Shown here one piece after another: positions 56,801-64,000 of a stretch of 64,000 bases of DNA. The DNA lies in NCBI GenBank assembly GCA_964016885.1, contig OZ024744.1, forward strand, positions 11,346,001-11,410,000, in the 5' to 3' direction. The position numbers were made by a program, and so were the translations under genes. Each line of letters begins with the position of its first letter. Positions within the stretch are counted from its first letter, which is position 1. The notes under the pieces were generated by a model. The model had not been told where the DNA came from. It saw only the letters and a program-made list of their open reading frames with translations, and ran no database searches. Source of the stretch: Eledone cirrhosa. Its lineage: Eukaryota.

Positions 56801-59800
56801 TGTGTTGTTGTACTCCAATATGTTGTGTTGTTATACTCCAATATGTTGTGTTGTTGTACTCCAATATGTCATGTTGTTGTACTCCAATATGTTGCGTTGT
56901 TGTACTCCAATATATCATGTTGTCGTACTCCAATATGTTTTGATGTTGTACTCCAATATGTTGTGTTGTTGTACTCCAATATGTTGTGTAGTCGTACTCC
57001 AATATGTTGTGTTGTTGTACTCCAATATGCTGTGATGTTGTACTCCAATATGATGTGCTGTTGTACTCCAATGCGTTGTGTTGTTGTACTCCAATATGCT
57101 GTGTTGTTATACTCCAATATGTTGTGTTGTTATACTCCAATCTGTTGTGTTGTTATACTCCAATATATTGTGTTGTTATACTCCAATATGTTGTGTTGTT
57201 TTACTCCAATATCTTGTATTGTTGTTCTCCAATATGTCATGTTATACTCCAATAAGTTGTGTTCTTGTACTCCAATATGTTGTGTTGTTGTACTCCAATA
57301 TGTTGTGTTGTTGTACTCCAATATATCATGTTGTCGTACTCCAATATGTCATGTTATACTCCAATGTGTCATTGTTGTACTCCAATATGTCGTGTTGTTG
57401 TACTCCAATATGTCGTGTTGTTGTACTCCAATATGTTGTGTTGTTGTACTCCAATATGTTGTGTTGTTGTACTCCAATATGTTGTGTTGTTATACTCCAA
57501 TATGTTATGTTGTTGTACTCCAATATGTCATGTTGTTGTACTCCAATATGTTTTGATGTTGTACTCCAATATGTCGTGTTGTTATACTCCAATATGTTAT
57601 GATGTTGTACTCCAATATATTGTGTTGTTGTACTCCAATATGTTGTGTTGCTGTACTCCAATATGTTGTGTCGTTGTACTCCAATACGTTGTGTTGTTGT
57701 ACTCCAATATGTTGTGTTGTTGTACTCCAATATGTTGTTGTACTCCAATATGCCATGTTGTCGTACTCCAATATTTCGTGTTGTTGTACTCCAATATGTC
57801 ATGATGTTGTACTCCAATATGTTGTGTTGTTGTACTCCAATATGTTGTGTTGTTGTACTCCAATATGTTGTGTTGTTGTACTCCAATATGTTGTGTTGTT
57901 GTACTCCAATATGTTGTGTTGTTGTACTCCAATATGTTGTGTTGTTGTACTCCAATATGTTGTGTTGTTGTACTCCAATATGCCATGTTGTTATACTCCA
58001 ATATGTGGTGGTGTTGTACTCCAATATGTCATGTTGTTGTACTCCAATATTTCGTGTTGTTGTACTCCAATATGTCATAGGGGTTGTACTCCAATATGCT
58101 GTGTTGCTGTACTCCAATAGGTTGTGTTGTTGTACTCCAATATGTTGTGTTGTTGTACTCCAATCTATATCGCTGTTGTACTCCAATATGTTGTGTTGTT
58201 GTACTCCAATATGTTGTGCTGTTGTACTCCAATATGTTGTGCTGTTGTGCTCCAATATTTTGTGCTGTTATACTCCAATATATTGTGTTGTTATAATCCA
58301 ATATGTTGTGTTGTTGTACTCCAAAATATTGTGTTGTTATACTCCAATATGTTGTGTTGTTATACTCCAATAAGTTGTGCTGTTATACTCCAATATGTTG
58401 TGTTGTTGTACTCCAATATGTTGTGCTGTTATACTCCAATATTTTGTGTTGTTATACTCCAATATGTGGTATTGTTGTACTCCAATATGTTGTGCTGTTG
58501 TACTCCAATATGTTGTGTTGTTATACTCCAACATGTTGTGTTGTTATACTCCAATATGTTGTGTTGTTATACTCGAATATGTTGTGTTGTTATACTCGAA
58601 TATCTTGTGTTGTTATACTCGAATATGTTGTGCTGTTGTACTCCAATATGTCGTGTTGTTGTACTCCAATATATCATGTAGTTGTACTCCAATATTTCGT
58701 GTTGTTGTACCCCAATATGTAGTGTTGTTTATACTCCAATATGTTTTGCTGTTGTACTCCAATATGTTGTGTTGCTGTACTCCTATATGTTGTGTTGTTA
58801 TTCTCCAATATGTTGTGCTGTTGTACTCCAATGTGTTGTGTTGTTATACTCCAATATGTTGTGTTGATTTACTCCAATATGTTGTGTTGTTGTACTCCAA
58901 TCTGTTGTGTTGTTATACTCCAATGTGTTGTGTTGTTATACTCCAATATGTTGTGTTGTTGTAGTCCAATATGTTGTGTTGTCGTACTCCAATATGTTGT
59001 GTTGTTATACTCCAATATTTCGTGTGGTTGTACTCCAATATGTCATGGTGTTGTACTTCAATATGTCGTGTTGTTGTACTCCAATATGTTGTCTTGCTGT
59101 ACTCCAATATGTTGTGTTGTTGTACTCCAATATCTTGTGTTCTTATACTCCAATATGTTGTGTTGTTATACTCCAATATGTTGTGTTGTTGTACTCCAAT
59201 ATGTTGTGCTGTTTTACTCCAATATGTTGTGTTGTTGTACTCCAATATGTTGTATTGTTTTTCTCCAATATGTCATGTTATACTCCAATAAGTTGTGTTC
59301 TTGTACTCCAATATGTTGTGTTGTTGTACTCCAATATATCATGTTGTCGTACTCCAATATGTCATGTTATACTCCAATATGTCATTGTTGTACTCCAATA
59401 TGTCGTGTTGTTGTACTCCAATATGTCGTGTTGTTGTACTCCAATATGTTGTGTTGTTGTACTCCAATATGTTGTGTTGTTGTACTCCAATATGTTGTGT
59501 TGTTATACTCCAATATGTTATGTTGTTGTACTCCAATATGTCATGTTGTTGTACTCCAATATGTTTTGATGTTGTACTCCAATATGTTGTGTTGTTGTAC
59601 TCCAATATGTTTTGATGTTGTAGTCCAATATGTTGTGTTGTTGTACTCCAATATGTTGTGTAGTCGTACTCCAATATGTTGTGTTGTTGTACTCCAATAT
59701 GCTGTGATGTTATACTCCAATATGATGTGCTGTTGTACTCCAATGCGTTGTGTTGTTGTACTCCAATATGCTGTGTTGTTATACTCCAATATGTTGTGTT

Positions 59801-62800
59801 GTTGTACTCCAATATGTTGTGTTGTTGTACTCCAATATGTTGTGTTGTTGTAATCCAATATCTTGTGTAGTTATACTCCAATATGTTGTGCTGTTGTACT
59901 CCAATATGTTGAGTTGTTATACTCCAATATGTAGTGTTGTTATACTCCAATATGTTGTGTTGTTGTACTCCAATCTGTTGCGTTATACTCCAATATGTTG
60001 TGTTGTTATACTCCAATATGTTGTGTTGTTGTACTCCAATATGTTGTGTAGTCGTATTCCAATATGTTGTGTTGTTGTACTCTAATATGTTTTGTTGTTA
60101 TTCTCCAATATGTTGTGATGTTGTACTCCAATGTGTTGTGTTGTTGTACTCCAATGTGATGTGTTGCTGTACTCCAATATGTTGTGCTGTTGTACTCCAA
60201 TATTTTTTTGTTTTTTGTACTCCAATATGTTGTGTTGTTATACTCCAATATGTTGTGTTGTTATACTCCAATATGGTGTGTTGTTGTACTCCAATATGTT
60301 GTATTGTTTTCTCCAATATGTCATGTTATACTCCAATATGGTGTGTTCGTGTACTCCAATATGTTGTGTTATTGTACTCCAATATGTTGCGTTGTTGTAC
60401 TCCAATATGTTGTGTTGTTATACTCCAATATGTCGTGTGGCTGTACTCCAATATGTCATGTTGTTGTACTCCAATATGTCTTGTTATAGTCCAATATGTC
60501 GTGTTGTTGTACTCCAATATATCATGTAGTTGTACTCCAATATTTCGTGTTGTTGTACCCCAATATGTAGTGTTGTTTATACTCCAATATGTTTTGCTGT
60601 TGTACTCCAATATGTTGTGTTGCTGTACTCCTATATGTTGTGTTGTTATTCTCCAATATGTTGTGCTGTTGTACTCCAATGTGTTGTGTTGTTATACTCC
60701 AATGTGTTGTGTTGTTATACTCCAATATGTTGTGTTGTTGTAGTCCAATATGTTGTGTTGTCGTACTCCAATATGTTGTGTTGTTATACTCCAATATTTC
60801 GTGTGGTTGTACTCCAGTATGTCATGGTGTTGTACTTCAATATGTCGTGTTGTTGTACTCCAATATGTTGTGTTGTTGTACTCCAATATGTTGTATTGTT
60901 ATACTCCAATATGTTATGTTGTTGTACTCCAATATGTCATGTTGTTGTACTCCAATATGTTTTGATGTTGTACTCCAATATGTTGTGTTGTTGTACTCCA
61001 ATATGTTTTGATGTTGTACTCCAATATGTTGTGTTGTTGTACTCCAATATGCTGTGTAGTCGTACTCCAATATGTTGTGTTGTTGTACTCCAATATGCTG
61101 TGATGTTGTACTCCAATATGATGTGCTGTTGTACTCCAATGCGTTGTGTTGTTGTACTCCAATATGCTGCGTTGTTATACTCCAATATGTTGTGTTGTTG
61201 TACTCCAATATGTTGTGTTGTTGTACTCCAATATGTTGTGTTGTTGTAATCCAATATCTTGTGTTGTTATACTCCAATATGTTGTGCTGTTGTACTCCAA
61301 TATGTTGAGTTGTTATACTCCAATATGTAGTGTTGTTATACTCCAATATGTTGTGTTGTTGTACTCCAATCTGTTGCGTTATACTCCAATATGTTGTGTT
61401 GTTATACTCCAATATGTTGTGTTGTTATACTCCAATATGTTGTGTTGCTTTACTCCAATATGTTGTATTGTTGATCTCCAATATGTCATATTATACTCCA
61501 ATAAGTTGTGTTCTTGTACTCCAATATGTGTTGTTGTTGTACTCCAATATGTTGCGTTGTTGTACTCCAATATATCATGTTGTCGTACTCCAATATGTCA
61601 TGTTATACTCCAATATGTTTTGATGCTGTACTCCAATATGTTGTGTTGTTGTACTACAATATGTTGTGTTGTTGTACTCCAATATGTTGTGTTGTTATAC
61701 TCCAATATGGTGTGCTGTTGTACTCCAATATGTTGTGTTGTTATACTCCAATATGTAGTGTTGTTATACTCCAATATGTTGTGTTGTTGTACTCCAATCT
61801 GTTGTGTTGTTATACTCCAATATATTGTGTTGTTATACTCCAATATGTTGTGTTGTTTTACTCCAATATGTTGTGTTGTTGTACTCCAATATGTTGTGTT
61901 CTTGTACTCCAATATGTCGTGTTGTCGTACTCCAATATGTTGTGTTGTTGTACTCCAATATGTTGTGCTGTTGTACTCCAATATGTTGTGTTGTTGTACT
62001 CCAATATGTTGTGTTGTTATACTCCAATATGTTGTGCTGTTGTACTCCAATATTCCGTGTTGTTGTACTCCAATACGTCGTGTTGTACTCCAATATGTTG
62101 TGTTGTTATACTCCAATATGTTATGTTGTTGTACTCCAATGTGTCTTGTTGTTGTACTCCAATATGTTTTGATGTTGTACTCCAATATGTTTTGTTGTTA
62201 TTCTCCAATATGTTGTGATGTTGTACTCCAATGTGATGTGTTGTTGTACTCCAATCTGTTGTATTGTTGTACTTCAATATGTTCTGTTGTTGTACTCCAA
62301 TATATTGTGTTGTTGTACTCCAATATGTTGTGTTGTTGTACTCCAATATGCTGTGTTGTTGTACTCCAATATGTTGTGTTGTTGTACTCCAATATGTTGA
62401 GTTGTTGTAGTCCAATATCTTGTGTTCTTATACTCCAATATGTTGTGTTGTTATACTCCTATATGTTGTGTTGTTGTACTCCAATATGTTGTGCTGTTGT
62501 ACTCCAATATGATGTGCTGTTGTACTCCAATATGTTGTGTTGTTGTACTCCAATGTGTTGTGTTGTTGTACTCCAATATGTTGTGCCGTTGTACTCCAAT
62601 ATTTTTTTTGTTTTTGTACTCCAAAATATTGTGTTGTTATACTCCAATATGTTGTGTTGGTGTACTCCAATATGGTGTGCTGTTGTACTCCAAATCTCGT
62701 GTTGTTATACTCCAATGTGTTGTGTTGTTATACTCCAATATGGTGTGTTGTTGAACTCCAATATGTTGTATTGTTTTTCTCCAATATGTCATGTTATACT

Positions 62801-64000
62801 CCAATATGTTGTGTTCATGTACTCCAATATGTTGTGTTATTGTACTCCAATATGTTGCGTTGTTGTACTCCAATATGTTGTGTTGTTATACTCCAATATG
62901 TTGTGTTGTTGTACTCCAATATGTCATGTTGTTGTACTCCAGTATGTCTTGTTATACTCCAATATGTCGTGTTGCTGTACTCCAATATGTCATGCTGTTG
63001 TACTCCAATATTTCGTGTCGTTGTACGCCAATATGTTGTGCTTTTGTACTCCAATATGTTTTGCTGTTGTACTCCACTGTGTTGTGTTGTTGAACTCCAA
63101 TATGTTGTGTTGTTGTTCTCCAATATTTTGTGCTGTTGTACTCCAATGTGTTGTGTTGTTATACTCCAATATGTTGTGTTGTGATACTCCAATGTGTTGT
63201 GTTGTTGTACTCCAATATGTTGTGTTGTTGTACTCCAATATGTTGTGTTGTTATACACCAATGTGGTGTGCTGTTGTAATCCAATATGTTATGTTGTACT
63301 CCAATATGTTGTGTTGTTATACTCCAATATGTAGTGTTGTTATACTCCAATATGTTGTGTTGTTGTACTCCAATCTGTTGTGTTATACTCCAATATGTTG
63401 TGTTGTTGTACTCCAATATGTTGTATTGTTGTTCTCCAATATGTCATGCTATACTCCAATAAGTTGTGTTCTTGTACTCCAATATGTTTTGTTGTTGTAC
63501 TCCAATATGTTGTGTTGTTGTACTCCAATATATCATGTTGTCGTACTCCAATATGTCATGTTATACTCCAATATGTCGTTGTTATACTCCAATATGTCAT
63601 GTTGCTGTACTCCAACATGTCGTGTTGTAGTACTCCAATATGTTTTGATGTTGTACTCCAATATGTTGTGTTGTTGTACTCCAATATGTTGTGTTGTTGT
63701 ACTCCAATATGTTGTGTTGTTATACTCCAATATGTTGTGTTGTTATACTCCAATATGTTGTGCTGTTGTACTCCAATATGTCATGTTGTTGTACTCCGAT
63801 ATTTCGTGTTGTTCTACTCCAATATTTCGTGTTGTTGTACTCCAATATCTCGTGGTGTTGTACTCCAATATGTTTTGATGTTGTACTCCAATATGTCGTG
63901 TTGTTGTACTCCAATATGTTGTGTTGTTGTACTCCAATATGCTGTGTTGTTATACTCCTATATGTTGTGCTGTTGTACTTCAATATGTTGTGTTCTACTC
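44860..64000 (+). repeat. ~9-10.5 kb-period tandem duplication (~44860-55000 repeated from ~55000 to the window end)
   Basis: ORF offsets are 10140 (44866/55006, 45225/55365), 10209 (46171/56380), 9916 (47088/57004), 9823 (48918/58741), 10537 (50609/61146) and 8737 (53685/62422, 55006/63743). The rare variant CTCCGATATTTCG occurs at ~44917, ~55057 and ~63794. Confidence 0.87.

Larger units (their letters stand above)
1..64000 (+). repeat. Tandem satellite DNA array, 23-bp monomer TACTCCAATATGTTGTGTTGTTG, single orientation, extends beyond both window ends
   Basis: The core ACTCCAAT recurs about every 23 bp from the first to the last line. Perfect consensus runs occur at e.g. 47895-48040 and 57815-57980. 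ORF translations have a 23-aa period (3 monomers = 69 bp). I saw no reverse-complement monomers on the + strand. Confidence 0.99.

Noticed and set aside
61146-63878. 910-aa ORF and all other long Cys/Val-rich + strand ORFs as real genes (metallothionein- or keratin-associated-like)
   Set aside because: They are translations of a stop-free 23-bp satellite, overlap in all frames, have no unique domains, and their ends are set by chance variants.
1-64000. CRISPR array or other repeat-spacer system
   Set aside because: The variable part is only ~11 bp, consists of point variants of one consensus rather than unique spacers, and there are no cas genes or leader.
1-64000. Telomerase-synthesised long telomeric repeat (23-bp length and TG-rich strand recall budding-yeast telomeres)
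   Set aside because: It does not match a telomere repeat I recognise. More than 64 kb with variants inherited in kb-scale blocks indicates recombinational amplification, not template copying. A subtelomeric location is not excluded.
1-64000. CCAAT boxes as functional promoters; G-quadruplex potential
   Set aside because: There is no gene or promoter context and the NF-Y flanks are poor. The consensus has no GG runs, only rare isolated GGGG variants.
1-64000. Embedded transposon, inversion or unique island
   Set aside because: None was seen. Every line read conforms to the monomer in the same orientation, although a very short insert could be missed by eye.
1-64000. Nucleosome-length (161/184 bp; 7-8 monomer) higher-order period
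   Set aside because: It is arithmetically tempting, but I saw no regular recurrence of variants at that spacing. It would need an autocorrelation analysis.

Overview
All 64 kb are one uninterrupted head-to-tail tandem satellite array with a 23-bp consensus monomer, TACTCCAATATGTTGTGTTGTTG (about 2,800 copies by 64000/23; consensus 35% GC, 11 of 23 bases T on the + strand). I saw no orientation switch, unique-sequence insertion, credible gene, RNA gene, transposon or CRISPR array. The hundreds of ORFs are a by-product of a monomer that has no stop codon in any of the six frames. The informative structure is the order of monomer variants, which is nested: 23-bp monomer, ~2-2.9 kb sub-blocks, ~4.4-5.6 kb higher-order repeats (HORs) in the left third, and ~8-10 kb units in the right two-thirds. 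Superimposed on this are a 3.4-3.6 kb tandem duplication, a heavily shuffled zone at ~17.7-20 kb, and a segment sharing rare variants across 55.3 kb. One monomer position shows TCG/TTG/TCA alleles consistent with methyl-CpG decay. The window looks like eukaryotic (peri)centromeric or other heterochromatic satellite DNA, but I cannot name the family or organism. I found no evidence for a new protein-coding system. Block boundaries were read by eye and from ORF-track offsets and are approximate (a few monomers).
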